A stretch of 41,040 nucleotides of DNA from Methylomarinum sp. (GCA_030636915.1 DAOVVZ010000001.1:1-41040); one strand, 5' to 3'. Shown: positions 1 through 6,783, counted from the stretch's first letter. Notes: generated by a model from the sequence alone, not told the origin. Made by a program: numbers and translations.

Positions 1-141
1 CTATATTCTTTACCAACCTTTAACTCACTCATTCTTATTCGCCTTATGTGTTATTGATAACTACTTAATAGAGCTTTTAATTTGAGCTTCAATAACTTTT
101 AAATCTTTTTTGTGATCCTTTAACTCTCCATTCAAAAAAGC
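1..141. repeat. Terminal overlap copy A (identical to 40900-41040)
   Basis: Read base by base: ctatattctttaccaacc...ccattcaaaaaagc occurs at both ends, 141/141 identical. Confidence 0.97.
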
Positions 142-327
142 TACATAAGATGTTGGTCGTACATTTGCGTATCTATATGAACAAAATACAACTTCATCAG
201 TCCTTAATAAAATACGCCCTTTAACTGAGCCGTCATTTAAACCCTGCTCAATAATCTCAATACTGTTTTCAATTTGCTTGATATCTTCAATTATTTTTAC
301 AGCCTCTTTATATAGATCTATATTCAT
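61..327 (-). CDS. Hypothetical protein (leftward small-gene cluster)
   Basis: 88-aa ORF. GGAGAG Shine-Dalgarno about 6 nt upstream of the ATG (rc of 332-339). No recognisable motif. Confidence 0.65.
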   Translation of the reverse strand: MNIDLYKEAVKIIEDIKQIENSIEIIEQGLNDGSVKGRILLRTDEVVFCSYRYANVRPTSYVAFLNGELKDHKKDLKVIEAQIKSSIK

Positions 328-662
328 TATTACTCTCCGTTATTTCGATTAATTACTTTATTTTAAATATAAGGGTCATTAGATATGTTTGTCATGGATG
401 GGTTACTTATACCTCCAAGAACTAAACTATCTTTATAGTACTCAAATTGAGCTAAATAATAAAAATCGGTATCAGCGTAACTTTTCACATCCTTGTTGGT
501 AGTCCACACCATATAACCATGACATAACCGCTGTTTATCCGCATATCTAAACGTTAATCTTTATTAAGTATTCTTAATTGCTTGTTTTTAGGCTTAGCTA
601 GCACTTAGGTTTTTTACGATAACCGATAGAATTCGGCAGTTAGTGAGGAGCTTTGAAAGGGG

Positions 663-720
663 TTGTGTCTGCAATCTGGATTGAGCGCTATTAAGCTATT
701 TTCTCAAACTACAGACACAA
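663..720. other. Long-stem hairpin (9-bp stem TTGTGTCTG/CAGACACAA, 40-nt loop with an inner TTGAG/CTCAA stem)
   Basis: 663-671 is the exact reverse complement of 712-720. An inner 5-bp pairing lies inside the loop. On the minus strand a small AGGCT/AGCCT hairpin plus a T7 run (719-747) sits directly upstream. Confidence 0.4.
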
Positions 721-744
721 AAAAAGGCTATCTACATAAAGCCC

Positions 745-854
745 TAGAACATTTCAGGAGTGGTATAGAACGTGTGAGAGTTAACCCTACGCGTTCTAAG
801 CCTTTATATAAATAACCCTTGATGTTCTATACCGTTAACAAACAGCTCTCACAC
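745..854. promoter_or_regulatory. Cluster of four TAGAAC/GTTCTA sites plus swapped inverted repeats (candidate operator, iteron or origin region)
   Basis: TAGAAC at 745-750 and 766-771. GTTCTA at 793-798 and 824-829. AACCCT-n4-GTTCTA repeats at 783-798 and 814-829 (31-bp spacing). GGTATAGAAC (762-771) is complementary to 824-833, and GTGTGAGAG (772-780) to 846-854. Confidence 0.45.
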
Positions 855-902
855 TGCAATAACTATTGTACTATTTATCTACTTTTTCTTCAAGTTATCG
901 TG

Positions 903-1208
903 TTACTTATCTTTCGCCTCGTTACTTAAACACGCTGCATACCAGTTGTTAGCAAACTCATTTATAATTCTATCTTGGATGCTTTTAGTGTTATACCGGG
1001 ACTCTTCGAAAGCCTTCTTTATAAGTAGCCTAGAAACAGCAATCTCTGATAACTTCATCATCTTAAGTAACGATGCGCCTTTCTGACGTTGTGTCATTAT
1101 AGTTCTCGCTAGGCCTTCTACACTTTCACACATATCACCACTTTTACTTTCTTCTGCTTGTATTGATGTACTTAATGTTAATGCTGCTATCAATGTTAAT
1201 ACTTTCAT
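903..1208 (-). CDS. Small secreted/periplasmic protein (signal peptide)
   Basis: 101-aa ORF. The N-terminus MKVLTLIAALTLSTSIQA|EE has n-, h- and c-regions and an AxA-like cleavage site. It is the first gene after the leftward promoter at 1241-1269. Confidence 0.7.
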   Translation of the reverse strand: MKVLTLIAALTLSTSIQAEESKSGDMCESVEGLARTIMTQRQKGASLLKMMKLSEIAVSRLLIKKAFEESRYNTKSIQDRIINEFANNWYAACLSNEAKDK

Positions 1209-1240
1209 TTTTATTTACTCGGTTGTTGTTGATGAAATTA

Positions 1241-1269
1241 ATATTAATACAAAAGATTTGACATAGCAA
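1241..1269 (-). promoter_or_regulatory. Leftward sigma70-like promoter
   Basis: On the minus strand: TTGCTA (rc of 1264-1269), 17-nt spacer, TAATAT (rc of 1241-1246). About 30 nt upstream of the 903..1208 start. Confidence 0.5.
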
Positions 1270-1285
1270 CAATTAATGTTATTAT
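1258..1285 (+). promoter_or_regulatory. Rightward sigma70-like promoter of the early operon
   Basis: TTGACA (1258-1263), 16-nt spacer, TATTAT (1280-1285). AAGGAA RBS at 1308-1313, ATG at 1323. Its -35 abuts the -35 of the leftward promoter. Confidence 0.6.
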
Positions 1286-1322
1286 TTGTACAAGAAATAT
1301 TAATCATAAGGAAAACAAACAA

Positions 1323-1754
1323 ATGAGTAGAAGTTCACGAGTAACAGCAGATATAACACTAGAGGCTCACAACCTACTTAGAGGGTTAGTGAGTAAGCAT
1401 GAGCGCTCTAAAGGTTACCTATTAGAGAAGATGATTCGCACTTATTGTAAAGAGCCTGATAAGGGTAGTGAGGCTCCTATTGAATCAACTGAGATTGTGA
1501 TAACTGAAAAGCCTAAGCCGAAAACTAAGCGTAAAGTATTTAAAGCACCAACAGTTGAAGAAGTCAGAGAGTATTGTGATTCACGTTGTAATAATGTTGA
1601 TCCTGAAAAATTCGTTTCTCATTACAATACTAACGGATGGGTTAGAGGTAAGGCAGAAACTAAAATCAAGTGTTGGAAGTCATGCGTTCAAACATGGGAA
1701 GGTAACAACAAACCAGTAGCTAAACAAACTGAAACTTTAAGGGGTAATTGGTAA
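1323..1754 (+). CDS. Putative replication-associated DNA-binding protein (RHH-like N-terminus, phage replication-protein C-terminal motif)
   Basis: 143 aa. The N-terminus RVTADITLEAHNLLRGLV is ribbon-helix-helix-like. The C-terminus VEEVREYCDSRCNNVDPEKFVSHYNTNGWVRGK..IKCWKSCVQTWE matches a motif I recall from phage DnaD-like and replication-initiator C-termini. Confidence 0.5.
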   Translation: MSRSSRVTADITLEAHNLLRGLVSKHERSKGYLLEKMIRTYCKEPDKGSEAPIESTEIVITEKPKPKTKRKVFKAPTVEEVREYCDSRCNNVDPEKFVSHYNTNGWVRGKAETKIKCWKSCVQTWEGNNKPVAKQTETLRGNW

Positions 1755-2341
1755 TGATAGATTCAGATAAAGCAGACTTTGAAGTGTTGCTTCGTGGGAT
1801 AGCTGGCGTATTCAGCACTACAAAAACAATCAATGTTGACCGACCTATGTTGCAAGTTTATTTTATGTCACTTAATGATTACAGTTACGACCAAGTTGAG
1901 TGGGCGCTCGGTGAACACTTAAAAGATCCTGTTGATGGCAGGTTCTTTCCTAAGCCTGCAAATATAATTAAACATCTCACAGTTGACGAAATAAGCAACG
2001 AAGAGTTAGCCGAGCTAGCATGGGCGCAAGTAATACGAGAAATGCGCCGTACTGGCTCATATGGCACCTTAAAGCTAGATGATAAGCAAGCAATAGCCGC
2101 TGTTAAGTCTCTAGGTTCATGGTCACAGCTTTGTGCATCAACTGAAAGCGAAATGACATGGAAGAAAAAAGAGTTTATATCAATGTATGAAACTTATAGT
2201 CGTACACCTATTGAAATGTTGCCAAGCTCATTGCCGGGAAGAATAGGCTTAGTTGAGCACAAAAAAGAATCAATAGATGCCTTTGCTAATATTGAAGCGG
2301 GTATCAAGGCTTATCGAATTAAAAACAAGTTAACTGATTAA
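1754..2341 (+). CDS. Putative helicase-loader-like protein (G39P-like N-terminal domain)
   Basis: I prefer the ATG at 1754, which forms a TAATG overlap with the upstream stop, over the TTG at 1748 in the ORF track. MLQVYFMSLNDYSYDQVEWALGEHLKD...FFPKPANIIKHL resembles the SPP1 G39P pattern (W..L.D...e.v..Al..h....yPPt.aeI). Confidence 0.45.
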   Translation: MIDSDKADFEVLLRGIAGVFSTTKTINVDRPMLQVYFMSLNDYSYDQVEWALGEHLKDPVDGRFFPKPANIIKHLTVDEISNEELAELAWAQVIREMRRTGSYGTLKLDDKQAIAAVKSLGSWSQLCASTESEMTWKKKEFISMYETYSRTPIEMLPSSLPGRIGLVEHKKESIDAFANIEAGIKAYRIKNKLTD

Positions 2342-2350
2342 GGAATAGTT

Positions 2351-2515
2351 ATGAGATTAAGGTTTGCATTATTTAAATTTTACATGAGTCGGTTATGGTT
2401 TGTTTTTACTCAAAAAGAAAAGGCTCTATATGTATTGCATCTTTACGAGAAACGAGGCGATGAGTTAATTAAACTAGCTGAAAAAGCTAATGGATTATGT
2501 ATAAGAGATTTTTAA
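2351..2515 (+). CDS. Small hypothetical protein (54 aa)
   Basis: Below the ORF-track cutoff. ATG at 2351 preceded by AAGGAA (2340-2345). It fills an otherwise empty gap in a tightly packed operon. Confidence 0.45.
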   Translation: MRLRFALFKFYMSRLWFVFTQKEKALYVLHLYEKRGDELIKLAEKANGLCIRDF

Positions 2516-2535
2516 ATAGCTAATAACAGAAAGGA

Positions 2536-2694
2536 ATGATTGTGGATATTAAAATATATGTAACAAAAGAAGAGTTGGAAGAAATGGATTTTAACTCATT
2601 CGAACTTATTGATCATGTAATTGAAACTTTAAATGGCGACATAAAAGAATTGGTTGCCTACAACGTACACGTAAATGATTGTATATGCAGTTGA
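2536..2694 (+). CDS. Small acidic hypothetical protein (52 aa; the start may be GTG 2542)
   Basis: ORF read by hand, MIVDIKIYVTKEELEEMDFNSFELIDH... An AAAGGA RBS lies just upstream; its spacing favours the in-frame GTG at 2542. Confidence 0.4.
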   Translation: MIVDIKIYVTKEELEEMDFNSFELIDHVIETLNGDIKELVAYNVHVNDCICS

Positions 2695-2720
2695 ATAATT
2701 AATTTAGATAAGGATAAGAG

Positions 2721-2849
2721 ATGATGAAAGATACGTTATTAGGTTCTATGTGTTTAGTTGGCATGATGTTTTTTGCACTGTACGTGAATAGTGAAGTGCT
2801 TGCTGGTGCTGCATTGGTATCTGTCGCCATATTTTATAAGGATAAGTAA
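2721..2849 (+). CDS. Small membrane protein (42 aa, one TM)
   Basis: MMKDTLLGSMCLVGMMFFALYVNSEVLAGAALVSVAIFYKDK. AAGGATAAGAG lies upstream. The stop is 2 nt before the next ATG (2852). Confidence 0.45.
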   Translation: MMKDTLLGSMCLVGMMFFALYVNSEVLAGAALVSVAIFYKDK

Positions 2850-2851
2850 AG

Positions 2852-3133
2852 ATGAATTACGAAGAAACTTATAAAGACCACAAATACTTATTTGATATAG
2901 GTCCAGCTAGTGATATGACGGGCGGTTATGTTGATAGTGAAGATTTAGGTTACATGCTTAAAAACCCAAGTAAAAAAGGCGCTGTCAGATGTTTGAGTAG
3001 ACAAATAGATTATTGGTTTCAAGTTGGGACTGAAAACGGTGTTGGATTTAACGATGGTAAAATGCCTTGTGAGTTGGTTGATGAATACCCATTAATTAAG
3101 GAGATAGCAGATAGGCATTGTTGTGAATTTTAG
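2852..3133 (+). CDS. Hypothetical protein
   Basis: 93-aa ORF, translationally packed behind the preceding small ORF and followed by a terminator hairpin. Confidence 0.65.
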   Translation: MNYEETYKDHKYLFDIGPASDMTGGYVDSEDLGYMLKNPSKKGAVRCLSRQIDYWFQVGTENGVGFNDGKMPCELVDEYPLIKEIADRHCCEF

Positions 3134-3150
3134 TTAATTTAAATAGCAAC

Positions 3151-3176
3151 AAGGGCATTACGCCCTTTTATTTTTT
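3151..3176. terminator. Rho-independent terminator between convergent genes
   Basis: AAGGGC (3151-3156), loop ATTAC, GCCCTT (3162-3167), then a TTATTTTTT run. It lies between the end of 2852..3133 (+) and the end of 3168..3581 (-). Confidence 0.6.
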
Positions 3177-3581
3177 AGATTCGTTATTTCTGGCTATACC
3201 GTGACTACCAAAGAAAAATATAATTATCGCGGTTGTTCCAGTTATCATTAAAGTACTAGTTGCTAAGTCCATATAGAATTTAGCTAGAGGCATATTCCAT
3301 GGAGCGGTTATACAGCACATCAGCACGATAGCAAGCTGTGATTTAATCCAAAGAACGGCAACACTACGCCTAGTTTTTGATCTCCCCGTAGATTCGCTTA
3401 GAGTGGCTTTAACGAATTCTTGAACAGAACCAACAGTTTTAGCGTTCTGCTCCATGACTTCTTCTTCGGTTAGATTCATGTTACCAATCCAACCGCCGAC
3501 CTGAGCTAGTAATCCGTTATCTTTATCCATTACATCATCTACGGTTTTAGATGAAGACGTGAACCAACTAAATAGACTCAT
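3168..3581 (-). CDS. Holin-like membrane protein (resembles the GTA-type 3-TM holin family, DUF3154)
   Basis: 137 aa. It has a soluble N-terminus with an LTEEEV motif, then hydrophobic segments (AVLWIKSQLAIVLMCCITAPW; TSTLMITGTTAIIIFFFGSHG). From memory, the layout and the T.EE and FFFG strings resemble the R. capsulatus GTA holin family. It is the only minus-strand gene inside the rightward operon. Confidence 0.45.
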   Translation of the reverse strand: MSLFSWFTSSSKTVDDVMDKDNGLLAQVGGWIGNMNLTEEEVMEQNAKTVGSVQEFVKATLSESTGRSKTRRSVAVLWIKSQLAIVLMCCITAPWNMPLAKFYMDLATSTLMITGTTAIIIFFFGSHGIARNNESKK

Positions 3582-3604
3582 ATTTATTACCTCTCTGTTA
3601 ACTC

Positions 3605-3610
3605 ATTATA
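3605..3610 (-). promoter_or_regulatory. Perfect TATAAT -10 element for the reverse-oriented holin-like gene
   Basis: The minus strand reads ...cactgtgaTATAATgagttaacagagaggtaataaatATG. The -10 is about 25 nt upstream of the start and an AGAGAGG RBS lies between. No good -35 was found. Confidence 0.35.
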
Positions 3611-3710
3611 TCACAGTGAATTATTATTACGATTTACCAACTGGTCTAATCTGTTAGGTGGGTTTTGTGGTGTATAGTTATTTCAACTTAAACGGAGAGG
3701 AAGAATAAAC

Positions 3711-4217
3711 ATGGGAACAAGACATTTAATTAATGTAATAAAAGATAATAAACCAGTTATTGCGCAATATGGTCAATGGGATGGTTATCCATCAGGGCAA
3801 GGACTAGGTATCTTGGAATTTTTAAAGTCTGGATTACTAGGTAAGTTAAAAGATAATTTAAGCAAGGTTAGGTTTTTAGATATAAAGGGTAAGGATGCTG
3901 AATTTGTTAAAAGGTTTGATTCAGGTGATAAGACTGAAAAAGACAAGGCTTGGTTTAAGGTTTTTGTTAGTAGGGATGTAGGCTCTGATATTCTTAAAAA
4001 TGTAGCAGAGGCTGAATTGGATGAAATAATTCTTAATGATGATTACGATTTTGGTAACAACACTATTTCTTGTGAGTATATTTACTCAATAAACATTGAT
4101 AAAAATACCCTTACGATTCAACCAGACTTTAAAAGCGATATAATGAAAGTTTATGATCTTGATAAACTACCAAGTAAAGAGCAATTTATTTCCGACTTAG
4201 AATCTGAAGAGGAATAG
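3711..4217 (+). CDS. Hypothetical protein (conserved-looking N-terminus RHLINVI...AQYGQWDGYPSGQG)
   Basis: 168-aa ORF with a GGAGAGG RBS 8-9 nt upstream. I cannot name the family. Confidence 0.7.
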   Translation: MGTRHLINVIKDNKPVIAQYGQWDGYPSGQGLGILEFLKSGLLGKLKDNLSKVRFLDIKGKDAEFVKRFDSGDKTEKDKAWFKVFVSRDVGSDILKNVAEAELDEIILNDDYDFGNNTISCEYIYSINIDKNTLTIQPDFKSDIMKVYDLDKLPSKEQFISDLESEEE

Positions 4218-4225
4218 TAAGCATC

Positions 4226-4381
4226 ATGTCAACTACATCAAGAGCAATCAGGGAGCTACTAGAGCGTAAAGGTGTAGTTCCAACTGGTGACAGAGATAAG
4301 GATTTAGAATTAGCTAAGTCCGTGATGCCTAAGCCTTACAGTAAGGATAAATCACATGGAAGCAAATCAAACAACGAATAG
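4226..4381 (+). CDS. Small hypothetical protein (51 aa)
   Basis: Hand-read ORF MSTTSRAIRELLERKGVVPTGDRDKDLELAKSVMPKPYSKDKSHGSKSNNE. It overlaps the next ORF by 26 nt. Confidence 0.35.
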   Translation: MSTTSRAIRELLERKGVVPTGDRDKDLELAKSVMPKPYSKDKSHGSKSNNE

Positions 4382-4583
4382 CTATTTACTCATTAGAAAT
4401 GGTCAGTTAGAAAAAGCTAATAAAGATATAGATAGACTGCTGGCTCAGGTTAAAGAGCTACAAAATACCATGAGTGAGAATAATAACTTTTATCATGGTC
4501 AGTTAGTGGTGGCAGCAAAAGAAGTTGAACGGCTTACGCAAGAAAATAAAGAGCTTAAATTAAATAATCGGAGGGTTAGTTAG
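4356..4583 (+). CDS. Coiled-coil hypothetical protein
   Basis: 75 aa with heptad-like Leu/Gln/Glu content. AAGGA RBS 8 nt upstream. Confidence 0.55.
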   Translation: MEANQTTNSYLLIRNGQLEKANKDIDRLLAQVKELQNTMSENNNFYHGQLVVAAKEVERLTQENKELKLNNRRVS

Positions 4584-4685
4584 ATGAAACCATTAACTAA
4601 ACTACAGCAGTTAAAGCCTTTACTAATATCATTAGTGGCTATGGGTCTTATTTATTATATATATGCTGAAATGGTGACAAGATGA
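4584..4685 (+). CDS. Small membrane protein (33 aa)
   Basis: MKPLTKLQQLKPLLISLVAMGLIYYIYAEMVTR. The ATG lies directly after the upstream stop. ATGA overlap with the next gene at 4682. Confidence 0.4.
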   Translation: MKPLTKLQQLKPLLISLVAMGLIYYIYAEMVTR

Positions 4686-5011
4686 ATATCGGCGAGTTTA
4701 TGTCTCAGAAGGATGAGATAGAGCGGTTAAATAATCAGATTAGTGTGCTTGCTGGTTTTTATCATGGGTTTTATAGCAAACAAATTAAAAAACTTAAAAC
4801 CATAGTTGGAACACAAAAGATAATGAGAAGCAGGGCTTTGGCGAGAAATCAAAGTATAAAAGACAGTGCTCAAAGGTCTGTTGATGTATTAATAAAATTA
4901 AAGATGGATAAAAAAATAACAATTATTGATAGTGAAATAGCTAAGGCTTGCTTTGTAAGTAAAAGGTCAGTTATAGATGCTAGATGCAGAATTAAAAAGG
5001 GTAGATTATGA
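4682..5011 (+). CDS. Hypothetical protein with a C-terminal HTH-like segment
   Basis: 109 aa. The C-terminus ITIIDSEIAKACFVSKRSVIDARCRI looks like a helix-turn-helix. Confidence 0.55.
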   Translation: MNIGEFMSQKDEIERLNNQISVLAGFYHGFYSKQIKKLKTIVGTQKIMRSRALARNQSIKDSAQRSVDVLIKLKMDKKITIIDSEIAKACFVSKRSVIDARCRIKKGRL

Positions 5012-5460
5012 TTTCAATGATGGCAGCTTACAGATCAATTCAACGAGTACCGGGCGATATTATTGTTCCAGCAAAGAAAGTAACACCGGTGTTAAGCGCT
5101 GGTAGAGCTAAAATATTAAGTCTTTATAGTACTGGTATGCGAAATGTTAACAAGATAGCAAAGGCGGCAGGATTGTCGTATTCAGGCACTACAAACTCAT
5201 TACGCTGGTTACGTACTGAAGGCTATATAACTGATGAGCCAGTTAAAAAAGGTAATATGGCGTTAATCATAGCTAAAGAATCGAATAAGTTACTTTGCTT
5301 GGATGCGCTAAAAGACGGCCCAAAAGAAACTAAGGAGTTATGTGATCTTCTTAAAGTGTCGCGCAATACTCTTTATCAATACTTAAGAGAGTTAATGTCA
5401 ACTAATGAGGTTAATTATCAGCCGGGTAAAAAGGTTCGGTTGATTAGGTTGGTTGTGTAG
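5008..5460 (+). CDS. Winged-helix DNA-binding protein (two wHTH-like segments)
   Basis: 150 aa. NVNKIAKAAGLSYSGTTNSLRWLRTEGYI and TKELCDLLKVSRNTLYQYLRELMSTNEV are MarR/ArsR-like recognition-helix patterns. Confidence 0.55.
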   Translation: MISMMAAYRSIQRVPGDIIVPAKKVTPVLSAGRAKILSLYSTGMRNVNKIAKAAGLSYSGTTNSLRWLRTEGYITDEPVKKGNMALIIAKESNKLLCLDALKDGPKETKELCDLLKVSRNTLYQYLRELMSTNEVNYQPGKKVRLIRLVV

Positions 5461-5900
5461 TGAAAGATTTTAAGCTTACAGTTAACTCTATTGGCATGTT
5501 AATACAGGCCTTGTGGAAGTTAGATTTAACTAAAGCTTATCGAGTTAATGTTGTGTTGTGGCGTGAAAAAAGAAGTATGAACCAGAATGCATTTCAACAT
5601 GTTATCTATAGTGAGATAGCTAAATTCTTGATGAAAAATGGCCGTCCAGACTGGAATGAAAAGAAAGTTAAATTTAATATGAAGAATAACTTTCTTGGCT
5701 GGGTTGAAACTGAATGCGTTGATGTATTTACGGGTGAGGTAATAACAAAAGAAACATTAAAAGAATCATCAAGCTTAGATGTTGGTGAGGCATACTTTTA
5801 TACAACTCAATTACTTGATTGGTGTGTAGGTATGGATATTGATATCAAAATACCTGAAAAGTGTGATTACAGAGCGTTAAGAGATGAACAAAATGTTTAG
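5460..5900 (+). CDS. NinB/Orf-like recombination mediator (putative)
   Basis: 146 aa, the same length as lambda NinB. KRSMNQNAFQHVIYSEIAK parallels the lambda NinB NRSLDQNRKLWACLGDVSRQ motif. GTG start overlaps the upstream stop. Confidence 0.45.
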   Translation: MKDFKLTVNSIGMLIQALWKLDLTKAYRVNVVLWREKRSMNQNAFQHVIYSEIAKFLMKNGRPDWNEKKVKFNMKNNFLGWVETECVDVFTGEVITKETLKESSSLDVGEAYFYTTQLLDWCVGMDIDIKIPEKCDYRALRDEQNV

Positions 5901-6123
5901 GATTATTATATTACCCGCTGATGTGCTAGAGGATAAACGAGTGAAACTAATCAAGGCAACTAAGCCTCACAAGTGCAAGAAAGGCTGTAGCATATGGTCG
6001 GGAGACGAGTACTATCCTCAAAGACGCGATAAAGCTTTATGTTTAACGCATGGTAGCCCGAGTAATTTATTATTACGGTGGGCGTTTAATAAGGTAAAGG
6101 TGATGAATGATGAAACAAGCTAA
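5884..6123 (+). CDS. Hypothetical Cys/His-containing small protein
   Basis: 79-aa ORF within the packed operon. No family recognised. Confidence 0.5.
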   Translation: MNKMFRIIILPADVLEDKRVKLIKATKPHKCKKGCSIWSGDEYYPQRRDKALCLTHGSPSNLLLRWAFNKVKVMNDETS

Positions 6124-6481
6124 TGCAGCACAAAAGAAGTGGATGAGTGATATTACTAAATTCATAAACGAGGAAAGTTTAGGTATTTTATATACTGATT
6201 ACGAGGGTAGATTTGAAATGCAGCGACACCATGTTCTAGGTAGGTCAGCAAAGCATAACAAGGTTGAGATAGGTCACTGGTTTATAATCCCCGTACCTTT
6301 TGAATTACACGATCCAAACATGAAACATAAACATCATGTAGGTCATTGTAAAAAGGCATTCGTTAAAAAACATGGTGATCAACGCGGTATATTTCAGTGC
6401 CTAGTTAGCTGTATGGACCAGTGGGGATATAAAACACCACCAATGGAAGTCTATCACGCCATTATGGATACAAGCGCATGA
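6107..6481 (+). CDS. Putative Ref-like (RecA-dependent) HNH-type nuclease
   Basis: 124 aa. AQKKWMSDI...QRHHVLGRS..HNKVEIGHWFIIPVPFELHD....HHVGHCKKAFVKKHGDQ resembles the P1 Ref family layout as I recall it (QkaW...HH..G....H...iPLc..HH....F....G). Confidence 0.4.
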   Translation: MMKQANAAQKKWMSDITKFINEESLGILYTDYEGRFEMQRHHVLGRSAKHNKVEIGHWFIIPVPFELHDPNMKHKHHVGHCKKAFVKKHGDQRGIFQCLVSCMDQWGYKTPPMEVYHAIMDTSA

Positions 6482-6783
6482 GTTTTCGTAGAGCGGCTAA
6501 AGTCGATGATAACCAAAAAGAAGTCGTAGCACTATTTAGAAAGCTAGGTTGGTATGTATTAATTATCAGTCAACTTAAAAACTGCTGTGACATCATGGTT
6601 AGCAAGAACGGACACACTATCGCTATAGAGATTAAGGACGGTAAAAAGCCTCCATCACAACGTAAGTTATCAACAGGAGAATTAAAGTTCGAGTATGAAT
6701 GGAAAGGAGCTTATGAGCTAGTTATATGTGATGAAGATGTTATTGCGATAGATAAAAAAATACCTCACATAAGCGAGGCATAA
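6478..6783 (+). CDS. PD-(D/E)XK (VRR-NUC-like) nuclease, putative Holliday-junction resolvase
   Basis: 101 aa. DDNQKEVVALFRKLGWYV...CDIMVSKNGHTIAIEIKDGK...LSTGELKF matches the D...(D/E)xK core and the DxNQ..iv..l...G leader typical of small phage resolvase-like nucleases. Confidence 0.6.
   Translation: MSFRRAAKVDDNQKEVVALFRKLGWYVLIISQLKNCCDIMVSKNGHTIAIEIKDGKKPPSQRKLSTGELKFEYEWKGAYELVICDEDVIAIDKKIPHISEA

Noticed and set aside
363-512. Possible 49-aa minus-strand ORF (MVWTTNKDVKSYADTDFYYLAQFEYYKDSLVLGGISNPSMTNISNDPYI) between the non-coding region and 61..327
   Set aside because: It has no convincing Shine-Dalgarno sequence and I could not support it further. It is left unannotated, but it could be real and would shrink the non-coding region to 513-902.
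513-902. tRNA or tmRNA-like gene in the large non-coding region
   Set aside because: I found no T-loop (GTTCRAnnC) or cloverleaf arrangement. The stems present are too long or too far apart for a tRNA.
1885-2067. Minus-strand ORF inside the G39P-like gene
   Set aside because: Shadow ORF. It is opposite to the operon direction and has no RBS.
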